Of a stretch of 64,000 bases of DNA, positions 1-8,800 are shown in pieces. The notes below the pieces were generated by a model, which ran no database searches, had not been told where the DNA came from, and was given only the letters and a program-made list of their open reading frames with translations. Each line of letters begins with the position of its first letter. Positions within the stretch are counted from its first letter, which is position 1. Made by a program: the position numbers and the translations under genes. Origin of the DNA: a virus; the IMG/VR virus record IMGVR_UViG_3300046007_007028, positions 1 to 64,000 of that record. The stretch is one strand, 5' to 3'.

Positions 1-888
1 GGCGAAGCCGGTCTTGCGACCCATGTTGGTCATGGTCTTTTCCTGAATTGACCACCACTCAGTGATGTCAAAGCGAATTACCTTACCAATCTCATCCTGA
101 CCAATCATGTTCATCTCGTCCCCGTCAAAGCCCATCTCGGTGGACGTTTCAAGGCGGATGAGGGAGTTAAGGGCCTCAGATTCTTTGCCCTTGCGCATGA
201 TGTGGTGGCTTTCGGTAAAGCTGATGCTATCCTTGGTCACCTCCATGGTGTAGCGCATCCACTTGGGAAGCTTCTGAATCGGAATAACAAGGAACTTGCG
301 GAAGTTGGCACGGGACAGCTTTTCATCCGTTGAGGACAAGCCGCAGTTTTGTTCTTCCCTCAGCGTTGCAAACCAGTAGGCGAGGAAGTGCTGAAACATG
401 GTGGCCGAAAGCCGGCGTCCCTTAGCGTAAATCACCCCGTACTCCCGCCAGAATTTATAGCAATTCCAGCAATAAAGCATCACAAGGCGGTCCCGGTTCC
501 GGTACTCCGGAAACCCGTCTTTGGTCTGCACCTTGGGCCTCCAGTAGTTCAGGATTTTGTACTGCCATGGCGTTATCCATGTCAGGTATTTGCCCTGAAT
601 AAAAAACCAATAGCCGTCCCGGTAGTTGCGGTCGTCCTCCTGAATAATGAAGTCGGCCTGAGATTTAGTCGGTGCCTTGGGGTCCACGCCCTTCATGAAG
701 GCGGGTTCGGGCGTTCTCTGAAATTTAGACTTGGGGTCCCCGTAGCCGGGAATCTTGGTCAGGTCTTCGGGAATAGGCGGGGTGCGACACCAGTCTGACC
801 AGATAAACTCAACGATTCTGCCGTCCTTAATAAACTGACCTTCCCGCAAATACGGTACAACATCCGGCCTTGAACCATCATTTTCCAT
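1..888 (-). CDS. terL: Terminase large subunit, N-terminal part (runs off the left edge; absent from the ORF track)
   Basis: Manual translation from ATG 888 is open to position 1: MENDGSRPDVVPYLRE...RDGYWFFIQGKYLTWITPWQYKILNYW...GFPEYRNRDR...YAKGRRLSAT (Walker A-like)...GFDGDEMNMIGQDEIGK (Walker B DE). This motif order is typical of crAss-like/Flavobacteriia phage TerL. Confidence 0.9.
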   Translation of the reverse strand, partial: MENDGSRPDVVPYLREGQFIKDGRIVEFIWSDWCRTPPIPEDLTKIPGYGDPKSKFQRTPEPAFMKGVDPKAPTKSQADFIIQEDDRNYRDGYWFFIQGKYLTWITPWQYKILNYWRPKVQTKDGFPEYRNRDRLVMLYCWNCYKFWREYGVIYAKGRRLSATMFQHFLAYWFATLREEQNCGLSSTDEKLSRANFRKFLVIPIQKLPKWMRYTMEVTKDSISFTESHHIMRKGKESEALNSLIRLETSTEMGFDGDEMNMIGQDEIGKVIRFDITEWWSIQEKTMTNMGRKTGFA

Positions 889-1399
889 TTCGTTTCCGTC
901 TTGCGTCAAGGAAGGTTCCGTTTTCGGATGCGTACTTCTGCTCAGCGAAGTCCTCGGCGGCATCTTCATTACCCCTAAACACCTCCAGCTTGACCTTTTC
1001 GATCAGCGAATATACTTCATTGAGGCTTATGCCGTTCTTAATTTTGGAAGTGTAGCTCTGGTTTTCGTTGGACTTACTCTCCTGCCCTGCCATCTCCGGC
1101 TCCCGCAGGGACTCATTGACGTTGTGGACCATCTGGATTAGGCTCCACAGGTACTCAGCCCTTGCCTGGCCTTGAAAGTGCTTTCTCGACGCCGATTTTA
1201 GCATCTCGTCGGATGGAGTGAAGCCTAAAATTCGAGACGCCTCGTCTCTTCGCTCGCTCCACGTTAAGCTCAAAGAGATTTTCGGCGAATAAACCAGCTC
1301 CGTCCATTGCATTAACAAGTCCTCCGAAATCTGCCCATGACTTTCGCCAGACGTTGAATATCCGTCTAAGGGCGTCGAGGTACCACGCTTCTTGCTCAT
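878..1399 (-). CDS. Hypothetical protein directly upstream of TerL (terminase small subunit candidate)
   Basis: Stop overlaps the TerL start; helical, ~173 aa; assignment is positional. Confidence 0.5.
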   Translation of the reverse strand: MSKKRGTSTPLDGYSTSGESHGQISEDLLMQWTELVYSPKISLSLTWSERRDEASRILGFTPSDEMLKSASRKHFQGQARAEYLWSLIQMVHNVNESLREPEMAGQESKSNENQSYTSKIKNGISLNEVYSLIEKVKLEVFRGNEDAAEDFAEQKYASENGTFLDARRKRNGK

Positions 1400-1844
1400 A
1401 ATCAATACGCTTAAAATTCAGTTCTTTCAAAGTATCAACGGCCATCTGAACGACCACGTTGATGAAAAATATCTCTACCTCACTTTTCCGGCTCAGTTCC
1501 CGGTGGGTCTTTATCAACTCCGAAATTGACTCTCGGCACCGCTCCGAAATAAGGCCCGTTATGTACCGCATCTCCATGCCCTCGTGCCCCTCTGGATAAC
1601 ACGGCAGCCCGTTCTTAAACAAGGGCTTGCCGCTTGTGAAGTAGGGCGTTGGGGTTTTGTAGACAAAGGTTTTGCCTGTGAAAATCTCAACAAACCGATA
1701 GCCAGACGGGGTCTTTTCCTTGCACTCGTACTTGGCAATCACCGTCTCCCCGGCCAAGAAAACATGGTCCCCCACCTTTATGGGGCAGGGGAGCCCGTCT
1801 ATAACTTTGAGCGTGCGGCGGCTGTTGATTTTCTTAAAGGCCAT
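1155..1844 (-). CDS. Hypothetical protein
   Basis: ATG 1 nt after the GroEL stop; 229 aa; 3' end overlaps the next ORF by ~245 nt. Confidence 0.6.
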   Translation of the reverse strand: MAFKKINSRRTLKVIDGLPCPIKVGDHVFLAGETVIAKYECKEKTPSGYRFVEIFTGKTFVYKTPTPYFTSGKPLFKNGLPCYPEGHEGMEMRYITGLISERCRESISELIKTHRELSRKSEVEIFFINVVVQMAVDTLKELNFKRIDYEQEAWYLDALRRIFNVWRKSWADFGGLVNAMDGAGLFAENLFELNVERAKRRGVSNFRLHSIRRDAKIGVEKALSRPGKG

Positions 1845-1845
1845 A

Positions 1846-4470
1846 TCATTTCACAAACGACACCACGTCCGTAGTCAGAAAGGTGGTGGCAACGCTACAC
1901 GCATTCTGAAGGGCAACCCTCAAAACCTTTGCGGGGTCAATAATGCCCCTTTCAATCAGGTTGCAGAACTCATCGTTCAAAGCGTCGTAACCCTTACCAT
2001 ATTCATTGTGGTAAATAATTGGCGGGGCGGCCTCACCGTAGGGCTTCTTGCCGGCGTTGTCAGAGATTTGCTTGCTTATGGCCTGAATAGCCATATACAC
2101 GCAGAAAAGGCCCCGCTGGTAGTCGTTGACTATCGTCTTGGGGTTCTCTGCCGCAAGGCCCTTCACCAGCGGAATGTCAATCGGGATGTTGTAACACGCC
2201 CCATTGAAGGTCGCCCCGCTGCCGGCCACGAAGCCCTCTTCGTTTGCAGCCCGACACGCTTTGATGGCATCGTCCACCCTGTCAATCTTTTCCCGGAGTT
2301 CGGTAACACTACCCGCTCCCACCGAAAGCACGGCAACCCCGCAGGAAATGGATGAAATCCGGTCTTTAATCTCCTGCTTCCGGCTGGGGTCGGTTTCCTC
2401 ATCAGCAAGGACGGTAAGACCCGCAACCCTTGTCTGGATAGCCTCGTCGCTTCCACCGCCTTTGATAATAAGGGTATGCCCCAGCCCGATTTCGGCCCGT
2501 TCAGCGCTACCCAAGTGCTCGATGGTGGCGGCCTCCAGCTTAATGTTGCGCTCCTCGGAAATAACCAAGGCCCCAACGTAGGTGGCAAGGTCGGTGGTGT
2601 AATCCTCCATGGCACGACCCTGTCCGGGGCATTGCACCGCACACATTTGAATAACCCCGTTCACGTGGTTTTGAACCACAAACGCAAGGGCCTGCTCGTC
2701 CACCTCTGGAGCAATGATAAGCACGGGGCGCCTCTCCTTTTTAGCCTCATTTGTCTTAAGGACAAGGTTCAAAATCGGGGCAAGCTGCTTTAGCTGCCGC
2801 AAAGGGCGCTCTGAAATCAGGATGTACGGGTTTTCAAGGATGGCAAGGTTGCGCCTTTCGTGCGTAATGAACTCCTTTGCCAAAAGCCCCCTCTGGTGCT
2901 GCATTCCCTCAACCAAGTTGAAAGAGGTTTCCTTACTAACCGACTCCACCACCGAAACAACCCCGTTCTCCCCGGCGGCGTAAGCGGCCTGAGCAATAAT
3001 GTGCCCCAGCTCTTTGTCGTTGTTGCAGGAAATGGTGGCAATCTTTTTGAGCAAATCGAGGTTGCCGCTTACGGGCTTGCTTTTTGAGGCAATGTAGTCC
3101 ACCACGTAGCGGGTCCCGTCAATGATGCCCCGCTTTAATTCGTTGACGTTGACCGTCCCGGTTTTCAGGTACTTAACCCCGTAGCTTACAAGTTCTTGAA
3201 AGAGGATTGCTGAGGTCGATGTGTTGTGTGTTACAATGTAGTTGTCGGTGATATACAGGTTGTCTGGGTTTGTTACCTGAATACATTGCATTTCGGTAAA
3301 CTGCCCCGTCTTTTCTATGTTATATATTGCTAAACCCTTTTTACGACCTTGCCTCTCAAACAATCTGTAAATAGGCGTGTCAGAATAAGAACCGCCCTTT
3401 CTTTTCATCTTTGCAATCTTTGTTTGCTTGCCAAGACTACGGCACAATTCACAAAAATCTTCTGCCAACTGTGGACTGATTGTAGTGAACTCAAAAAGAC
3501 CTCTATTATTCACGTACCCATCAGTATCCATAAGTCCACAAAAAAGACGCTCTCTGGATTCTCTGCTTGAATACAAATAAGACTTTGGAATAAACTTGTT
3601 CCCGCTCCTAACACCAAAGAGCCCTATTTTTTCTAAAAGGGTTTTTATACGAACTCCATTATCATCAATACCAACAAATTTTACTCTGAAATAATTTTTT
3701 CTTTCCACATAGGACGTATTAAAATAAATCCCTTTTGGAAGAATAATTTTATTTAGAACGTGCTCTTTTTGTAGCCCAAGAGATAATTCGATACTGCCGG
3801 TTCCACTAAGGCTTCCATCCCCAAGGAGAAGCCCAATCAAATATGGGTCTAATGGCATTTCGTTTATGTCTTCAGTAAATTCTACTGGAGTAACTGGAAT
3901 GTAAAAGTTCCTGTTTAAAAAACCTCCTTTTTCCATAGAAACCTTTCCGCTATCAACCATTTGCCTAACGGTCATTACTTCTTTTTCTTTCTTGTCTTTT
4001 TGAGTTATACACCACAAATGATCCTCGCAGCATTCAACTATCCTTCCATCGGAGAAATGAATTTTATATATTTCCTTTTGTCCTTTTGGAAAAATTGCTG
4101 CCACATTTTGAATCGTTCCGTCCGTACCACATATCTCATCGCCAACCTGCAATGACCCCATTTCTACAAACCCGGTCGGAGTTAATACTTTTGAGTATAA
4201 TGGCTGTGGGCCGTCACCTGACGCCATAACTGTCTGAAAAGCAACCTCTTTGACAAGGTCGCCCCCGGCTTTTTCGATGGGGTCCTCAAGGAAAATGCTC
4301 CGGGCTACGGTGACCCCGTCCTTACTAATATGCGACGGGCCGGACTGCTTGACCATCATTACGTTTCTACCCCTTGCTCCCAAGGTCTTTCTCACCGCAT
4401 CCGCTGTTTTGTCGATGCCAGCCTTTACCCTGTCACGGGCTTCGTTTCCAAATAGAATTTGATTTTCCAA
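1846..4470 (-). CDS. groEL: Chaperonin GroEL containing an intein (545 aa extein + 329 aa intein)
   Basis: TLGARGRNV, ISKDGVTVARSI, GDG/TST, VEGMQ, GVAVLSVGAGSVTELREKIDRVDDA, GIIDPAKVLRVALQNACSVA; TTG start. Confidence 0.97.
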   Translation of the reverse strand: MENQILFGNEARDRVKAGIDKTADAVRKTLGARGRNVMMVKQSGPSHISKDGVTVARSIFLEDPIEKAGGDLVKEVAFQTVMASGDGPQPLYSKVLTPTGFVEMGSLQVGDEICGTDGTIQNVAAIFPKGQKEIYKIHFSDGRIVECCEDHLWCITQKDKKEKEVMTVRQMVDSGKVSMEKGGFLNRNFYIPVTPVEFTEDINEMPLDPYLIGLLLGDGSLSGTGSIELSLGLQKEHVLNKIILPKGIYFNTSYVERKNYFRVKFVGIDDNGVRIKTLLEKIGLFGVRSGNKFIPKSYLYSSRESRERLFCGLMDTDGYVNNRGLFEFTTISPQLAEDFCELCRSLGKQTKIAKMKRKGGSYSDTPIYRLFERQGRKKGLAIYNIEKTGQFTEMQCIQVTNPDNLYITDNYIVTHNTSTSAILFQELVSYGVKYLKTGTVNVNELKRGIIDGTRYVVDYIASKSKPVSGNLDLLKKIATISCNNDKELGHIIAQAAYAAGENGVVSVVESVSKETSFNLVEGMQHQRGLLAKEFITHERRNLAILENPYILISERPLRQLKQLAPILNLVLKTNEAKKERRPVLIIAPEVDEQALAFVVQNHVNGVIQMCAVQCPGQGRAMEDYTTDLATYVGALVISEERNIKLEAATIEHLGSAERAEIGLGHTLIIKGGGSDEAIQTRVAGLTVLADEETDPSRKQEIKDRISSISCGVAVLSVGAGSVTELREKIDRVDDAIKACRAANEEGFVAGSGATFNGACYNIPIDIPLVKGLAAENPKTIVNDYQRGLFCVYMAIQAISKQISDNAGKKPYGEAAPPIIYHNEYGKGYDALNDEFCNLIERGIIDPAKVLRVALQNACSVATTFLTTDVVSFVK
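3223..4209 (-). mobile_element. Class 3 intein with LAGLIDADG homing endonuclease, inserted in the GroEL GDG|T ATP-binding motif
   Basis: Starts PQPLYSKVLTPTG (Pro1); block B CCEDHLW; LAGLIDADG blocks YLIGLLLGDGS and LFCGLMDTDG; block F MQCIQV; ends YIVTHN with +1 Thr; AT-richer than the flanks. Confidence 0.93.
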
Positions 4471-4474
4471 TTTT

Positions 4475-5104
4475 TTAAATGTTTAATGATTTCCACTCCA
4501 AAATTTCATCTCCAATCGCCTTTAGCGACCGGTACTTGACCAGAAACCCGTTCTGGTTCTGCCACTCCTGATTCACATACGAAGCACGGCCCCAATACAC
4601 CACCGTCCCAACCGGCAAATGGTCATTAGGCTTGGCCACAATGCCCTTGTCCAAGCAATAATCGTAGGTACTCACCTGCGCTGCCCTTGTCGTGTCAAAG
4701 GACGTTAGCTTCATGGTGGGCTCAATAAGGCCGCTGTGCTTCAGGGGTATTCTTTCGCAAAATATCCATTGCCCCATGGTTCTGCCATCCACTTCAATCA
4801 TGTAGTCCGGGTTGACAAACAGGCACCCGTTCACAAACAGGGAGTCCCGACGGATAGCCGAGTGAGCCTCAAGGAAAGAAAAGATGCCACGTTTTCCCAC
4901 AAGGTCCGGCCAGCGGTCCTGCATGGAAAGTGGGGCTTTGACAATAATCCCCTCTTCGGCAAGCCCCTCTGTTTCCTCGAATAGCTGAGACGGGGAATAA
5001 AGCCTATTCAGCTCCCCCTTGAGAAAGGTGTCGGTCAGGCCGTTCACCTTTACAAGAAAGTGCTTTAAAGGCTGAACCTCGTAGTCAACGTAGCTAATCG
5101 ACAT
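4475..5104 (-). CDS. Putative tandem (two-domain) GroES-like co-chaperonin
   Basis: Lies between groES and groEL; two GroES-like units (VQPLKHFLVKV...EGIIVKAP...VGKRGIF; GQWIFCERIP...SGLI...KGIVAKP...VGTVVYW...FLVKYRSLKAI). Confidence 0.6.
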   Translation of the reverse strand: MSISYVDYEVQPLKHFLVKVNGLTDTFLKGELNRLYSPSQLFEETEGLAEEGIIVKAPLSMQDRWPDLVGKRGIFSFLEAHSAIRRDSLFVNGCLFVNPDYMIEVDGRTMGQWIFCERIPLKHSGLIEPTMKLTSFDTTRAAQVSTYDYCLDKGIVAKPNDHLPVGTVVYWGRASYVNQEWQNQNGFLVKYRSLKAIGDEILEWKSLNI

Positions 5105-5393
5105 CGGGGAGAACGGCGTGAATAACGTCCTGAAATACGATAAAATATGTTACGCCCTCCCGCTCAAACGGGAACACTCGTTCCTTGGAATACAGAACCA
5201 CGTCGCCCGCTTGAACCAGCATCGGGTCGTCGGGGCGTCCGGGTCCGGTGGCAATAACGGTGGCCCGATGGTTGTATTCCTTTGCGTAGTCGGGGATGAT
5301 AAGGGCCCCAATCTTTTCTTCCTGGTCAGGACGAAGCAGGACCCTTGTCCCCAGCAGGAGCTTTGTCGGTGATGATGATGGTGATTTTTCCAA
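5094..5393 (-). CDS. groES: Co-chaperonin GroES
   Basis: LLGTRVLLRP, GALIIPDYAKE, ATVIATGPG, VQAGDVVLYSK, YFIVFQDVIHAVL; TTG start is uncertain. Confidence 0.92.
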   Translation of the reverse strand: MEKSPSSSPTKLLLGTRVLLRPDQEEKIGALIIPDYAKEYNHRATVIATGPGRPDDPMLVQAGDVVLYSKERVFPFEREGVTYFIVFQDVIHAVLPDVD

Positions 5394-5505
5394 TTTTCTT
5401 GTGCTTTATGATTCCTTTCTCAATCCATCGGTACACGGTCATGGTGCTTACCTCTTTGAGCCGGGCAAACTCGGAGACGGTATATTCCGATATGGGATTT
5501 TCCAT
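5326..5505 (-). CDS. Excisionase-type (HTH_17/MerR-like) DNA-binding protein, 59 aa (below the ORF-track cut-off)
   Basis: Manual translation MENPISEYTVSEFARLKEVSTMTVYRWIEKGIIKHKKIGKITIIITD...; TV.EFA...VS..TVYRWI..G.I signature. Confidence 0.8.
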   Translation of the reverse strand: MENPISEYTVSEFARLKEVSTMTVYRWIEKGIIKHKKIGKITIIITDKAPAGDKGPASS

Positions 5506-5546
5506 AGGGCAAAGTTAAACCATAAACATTTGGATTTGCAAATAGC

Positions 5547-5576
5547 AAAAAAGCCCCAAGCAATGCCGGGGCCTTT
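5547..5576 (-). terminator. Intrinsic terminator
   Basis: Minus strand GCCCC...GGGGC stem followed by T6. Confidence 0.7.
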
Positions 5577-5603
5577 CACCTTTCAAAATGAAACACAGTT
5601 TAC

Positions 5604-6374
5604 TTAACGCAATAATAATTCTTTTATCCTTTCCAGCCCCTCCTCAGCTTCCTGTTTTGTCTTGAAGCAATTCCCGATGGCATGGGCATAAATGTCGTCC
5701 TCGGCCCCGGCCCACCACTTCTCCTGCGGACCATGGGATAAATCAATAGCCCAGTAAATGTCAGCTCTTTTGGGGGTGAAGCGGGGTTTGTTTGCATTCT
5801 CAATCTCCTTCAATATCCCCTCAGCGTCGCTTGTCCTAATTACTTGCTGTCGATACATAAGGTATTGAGCGTAAGATATTCGGCCATGGGTCAAATGCTC
5901 GTCAAGGCAATCATAAAAGGATTTAAAAATCTCATATTGCATTGAGGGGTTCAGTGGCTCGTCGAACGGGGTGCCTTGTTCCTTTTTCGCCTGAATATCC
6001 GCTTCGATTTGGTCTTCGAGTTCGGAGAGTTTGCTTTTTTTGGATTCTTTGCAATCGGCAATTACCGTGCCAGGCCACGGAGTAAAAGGGTACGGATTAT
6101 GTTTAGTGTGAAACCGGATAGACTCTTCCCGTAAATCGTTCCTAAGTATTGCTGCCGCCTTATTAAGCGGATCGCCTTGTTCCGCCTCTTTTGCCACCCT
6201 ATCAAACCATGACTCCTCCGTGGATGCCTTGTAAGCGTCCTCCATGTTGGCAAAAAAAGACTCGGCAAGCCGGGAAATCTCGGCTTCCACCTGCTCCCTA
6301 TTTCGGTCCAATGCCTCCCGGACCAAGCTTTTAAGCTCCTCGGTGCGCTTGGCTGCGAATGATTGAAAATCCAT
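5604..6374 (-). CDS. Hypothetical phage protein
   Basis: 256 aa; C-terminal YWAID...GNCFKTKQEAE domain recurrent in phage proteins. Confidence 0.75.
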   Translation of the reverse strand: MDFQSFAAKRTEELKSLVREALDRNREQVEAEISRLAESFFANMEDAYKASTEESWFDRVAKEAEQGDPLNKAAAILRNDLREESIRFHTKHNPYPFTPWPGTVIADCKESKKSKLSELEDQIEADIQAKKEQGTPFDEPLNPSMQYEIFKSFYDCLDEHLTHGRISYAQYLMYRQQVIRTSDAEGILKEIENANKPRFTPKRADIYWAIDLSHGPQEKWWAGAEDDIYAHAIGNCFKTKQEAEEGLERIKELLLR

Positions 6375-6383
6375 ACCCCAATA

Positions 6384-6602
6384 TTAGCGTGTAAATCTGG
6401 TTGTCTTTCTTGGTTTCGACAAAACGTCCATACCCCTCGACCGAATCACATCACGGGTCAACGAAGCGGCCAGCAATTCAATGTCCTCGTCCTCCTCCGT
6501 TCGTATCCGAATGAAAGTATCCGTGGCGATAATCACCTCGGCGTTTACCCATTTTTTGTTGTGGAAGTGGCGGACTTGTTGGGTGCGGTGGAATTTGGTC
6601 AT
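6384..6602 (-). CDS. Hypothetical protein (N-terminus MTKFHRTQQ)
   Basis: ATGA-coupled to the upstream ORF. Confidence 0.65.
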   Translation of the reverse strand: MTKFHRTQQVRHFHNKKWVNAEVIIATDTFIRIRTEEDEDIELLAASLTRDVIRSRGMDVLSKPRKTTRFTR

Positions 6603-6778
6603 CTTCTATCTCGACGTTTTGGTCCGCCCCATTCTTCTGGAGTTGGTATGCTTTTATCAACTCTTCTTAGGAAGTTGATCTCTATTCTGGTTTTTAAATC
6701 AGGACCAATCATGTCCTCTATTTTGGGCAGCTTGATTTCTTGTGCCGTGTCTTGTTGGGTGCGGTGGAATTTTGTCAT
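6575..6778. repeat. 28-bp direct repeat (27/28 identical) at 6575-6602 and 6751-6778
   Basis: cttgttgggtgcggtggaattt(g/t)gtcat; encodes the first 9 codons of two consecutive genes. Confidence 0.9.
6599..6778 (-). CDS. Hypothetical protein, 59 aa (N-terminus MTKFHRTQQ; not in ORF track)
   Basis: Manual translation MTKFHRTQQDTAQEIKLPKIEDMIGPDLKTRIEINFLRRVDKSIPTPEEWGGPKRRDRR; ATGA overlaps at both ends. Confidence 0.65.
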   Translation of the reverse strand: MTKFHRTQQDTAQEIKLPKIEDMIGPDLKTRIEINFLRRVDKSIPTPEEWGGPKRRDRR

Positions 6779-7452
6779 GTATAAAAATTGATTGTCGGCA
6801 CCGGGCCGAATAATGGCAGTTGCTTAACGTGGTTTTCAATCCGCTTTTTTGCAGCGGCAAAGTAGTCGGGGTCTTTCTCCCAGATGTCAATATCAAAGCC
6901 CATTTCAATACAGGCAATCACGATGCTCATGCTTCCTCCATGCGTGTCTAAGATTGCATCTCCGGGCTTTGCGTAGTTCTTTAAAAGCCATTTGTAGAGG
7001 GCGACGGGTTTTTGGGTGGGATGGACCCTTGTTTCCTTGTTTTTCATGTCCTCCTGAAGCATCCCAGCCCACCTAAATTTAAGTCTTCTGACTGCAGTAG
7101 AAAAAGAGGTCCAAGCAAGTTCACAATCCGCAAAGTCCGATTCACCATTCTCTTTATCCCAAACAACCCAACAGCTTGAATCAAAAGGGATTTTACTAAT
7201 AAAATGATTTGCACCCCAAATGATTTGATTTTGCGAATACCTCCTGATGTCATCAAAAAAACCCTTGGCTGGAGGCTCTTTGTCATTCCCAGAAAAAGGC
7301 TTGTAGTCTTTTGCTTTTGCAATTTTACCCCTTGTATGGTTTTTTGAACCATCCTCTCCTATCCCATACGGCGGATCAACAATGGCCAAATCCCATTTCT
7401 TTCCCATCTCGAAAGCCTGCTGGCAATCCCCTAAGTAAATGTTTGCTGTCAT
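6775..7452 (-). CDS. DNA N6-adenine/N4-cytosine methyltransferase (beta class)
   Basis: VDPPYG catalytic motif, HPTQKPVALY, ILDTHGGSMS SAM-binding motif. Confidence 0.93.
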   Translation of the reverse strand: MTANIYLGDCQQAFEMGKKWDLAIVDPPYGIGEDGSKNHTRGKIAKAKDYKPFSGNDKEPPAKGFFDDIRRYSQNQIIWGANHFISKIPFDSSCWVVWDKENGESDFADCELAWTSFSTAVRRLKFRWAGMLQEDMKNKETRVHPTQKPVALYKWLLKNYAKPGDAILDTHGGSMSIVIACIEMGFDIDIWEKDPDYFAAAKKRIENHVKQLPLFGPVPTINFYT

Positions 7453-7691
7453 ACCCCCACCACAATTCTCACATAATTCCCTTCCCGCTTCTCAAATTCG
7501 CCCTTCCATGTTGAAAGCAGCTTCTCATTGTGGGCACGGTGCTGCGGCAAGATATATTCTTCAAAAACCATTACAGGCTTCATATCTCGATAAGATTTAA
7601 CCAGCGTCGCCTTGGGCTTCCATGACGAGGCGAGGGATTGGAGTGCTTCGAGTGGGGTCATTTTAATCTGGCTTGTTTTTAATGCAATCAA
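7449..7691 (-). CDS. Hypothetical protein
   Basis: Fills the gap; stop coupled to the MTase start. Confidence 0.55.
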   Translation of the reverse strand: MIALKTSQIKMTPLEALQSLASSWKPKATLVKSYRDMKPVMVFEEYILPQHRAHNEKLLSTWKGEFEKREGNYVRIVVGV

Positions 7692-8202
7692 AAATAAAGG
7701 CTTCGTGGGCCTCTCTTGTATCCAAAAGCTCGTTTGTGTCGCACCGACGATACATCATGCGCTCTTGGTCGTAAACAATAAAGCGATGGGCTTTTTTATG
7801 TTCTGGGAAAGAAATCTCAATAAGATCTTTTGCATTTTCTGGTCGATAACTCCAGTGGTGCATATTGTTGCCGACTGTTTTTGGTTTTATACTTTGCGAC
7901 ACAAGCCTTGCCTTTTGTTTTTCTGGGTATTTTTCGTTGTATTTTGCCATATCCCTTCTTTTTTCTTCTCGTGTGGGCTTGTGCAAAGCTTTATACCCAA
8001 GTCTGTGATACTTTTCCCTGCCTCTTGTTTTTTCTTTTTCTTTCCATTCAGGATCAAGAATTAAAACATCTGCACGGTCTTTTGTGTCTTTTTTGGTACA
8101 CGCTTTGCATTTATTTAAATGCCCATCACTCATTCCTTTGTGAGTGTAAAATTCAGAAAGTGGCTTTGTCTCGCCACATTTAAAACAAGCTTTGCTACTC
8201 AT
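7663..8202 (-). CDS. Zn-finger/HNH-like endonuclease
   Basis: [14 protein letters not shown]...CKAC and HHWSY...H..AH; own TAGCTTTG promoter at 8219-8226. Confidence 0.7.
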   Translation of the reverse strand: MSSKACFKCGETKPLSEFYTHKGMSDGHLNKCKACTKKDTKDRADVLILDPEWKEKEKTRGREKYHRLGYKALHKPTREEKRRDMAKYNEKYPEKQKARLVSQSIKPKTVGNNMHHWSYRPENAKDLIEISFPEHKKAHRFIVYDQERMMYRRCDTNELLDTREAHEAFIFDCIKNKPD

Positions 8203-8258
8203 AATTTATTTATTTTCACAAAGCTAATCATTAAAACGGCAAAAACAATACTGCCATT

Positions 8259-8729
8259 TTAAAAGGGCAAACTATCCTCCTGATCCCCTATCGGAGCGCC
8301 GCCGGGAACAGTATTTGGCGCACCAAAAGCATTAAAATCAAGAGGGTTTTGTGCGGCAGCCGGAGCCTGACGTGGCGGCAATGAAGCGCCTTGCGAGGGG
8401 GCGGCATCGTTCCTGCTTCCAAGTAGAACCAGTTCGCTTGCGGTTACTTCCAAGGAAGTTTTCTCCGTTCCGTCCGCAGCGGTATAGCTCCTTTGAGACA
8501 GCCGACCCTCAACCATTACCTGAGATCCTTTGGTAATGTACTTTTGGGCAATTTCGCCTGTTTTGTTCCAAGCAGCAATTTTGTACCAAATAGTCTTTTC
8601 GGGGTCTTGCCCCCGTGCCGGCTGGTTGATAGCGATTGAAAATTCACAAACGCTTCCAGATTGAAGCGCTTTGGTTTCGGGGTCCTTGCCTACATTCCCG
8701 ACAAGGGTTACTTTGCAATAAGATGCCAT
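8259..8729 (-). CDS. ssb: Single-stranded DNA-binding protein
   Basis: KVTLVGNVGKDPE, KGSQVMVEGRL, acidic tail EDSLPF. Confidence 0.96.
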   Translation of the reverse strand: MASYCKVTLVGNVGKDPETKALQSGSVCEFSIAINQPARGQDPEKTIWYKIAAWNKTGEIAQKYITKGSQVMVEGRLSQRSYTAADGTEKTSLEVTASELVLLGSRNDAAPSQGASLPPRQAPAAAQNPLDFNAFGAPNTVPGGAPIGDQEDSLPF

Positions 8730-8800
8730 AAGATTTTTAAATTTCACCAAATATACCACCCCGCAGGGATGGGTGCAACAGGGTTTTCGATGGAATAGCG

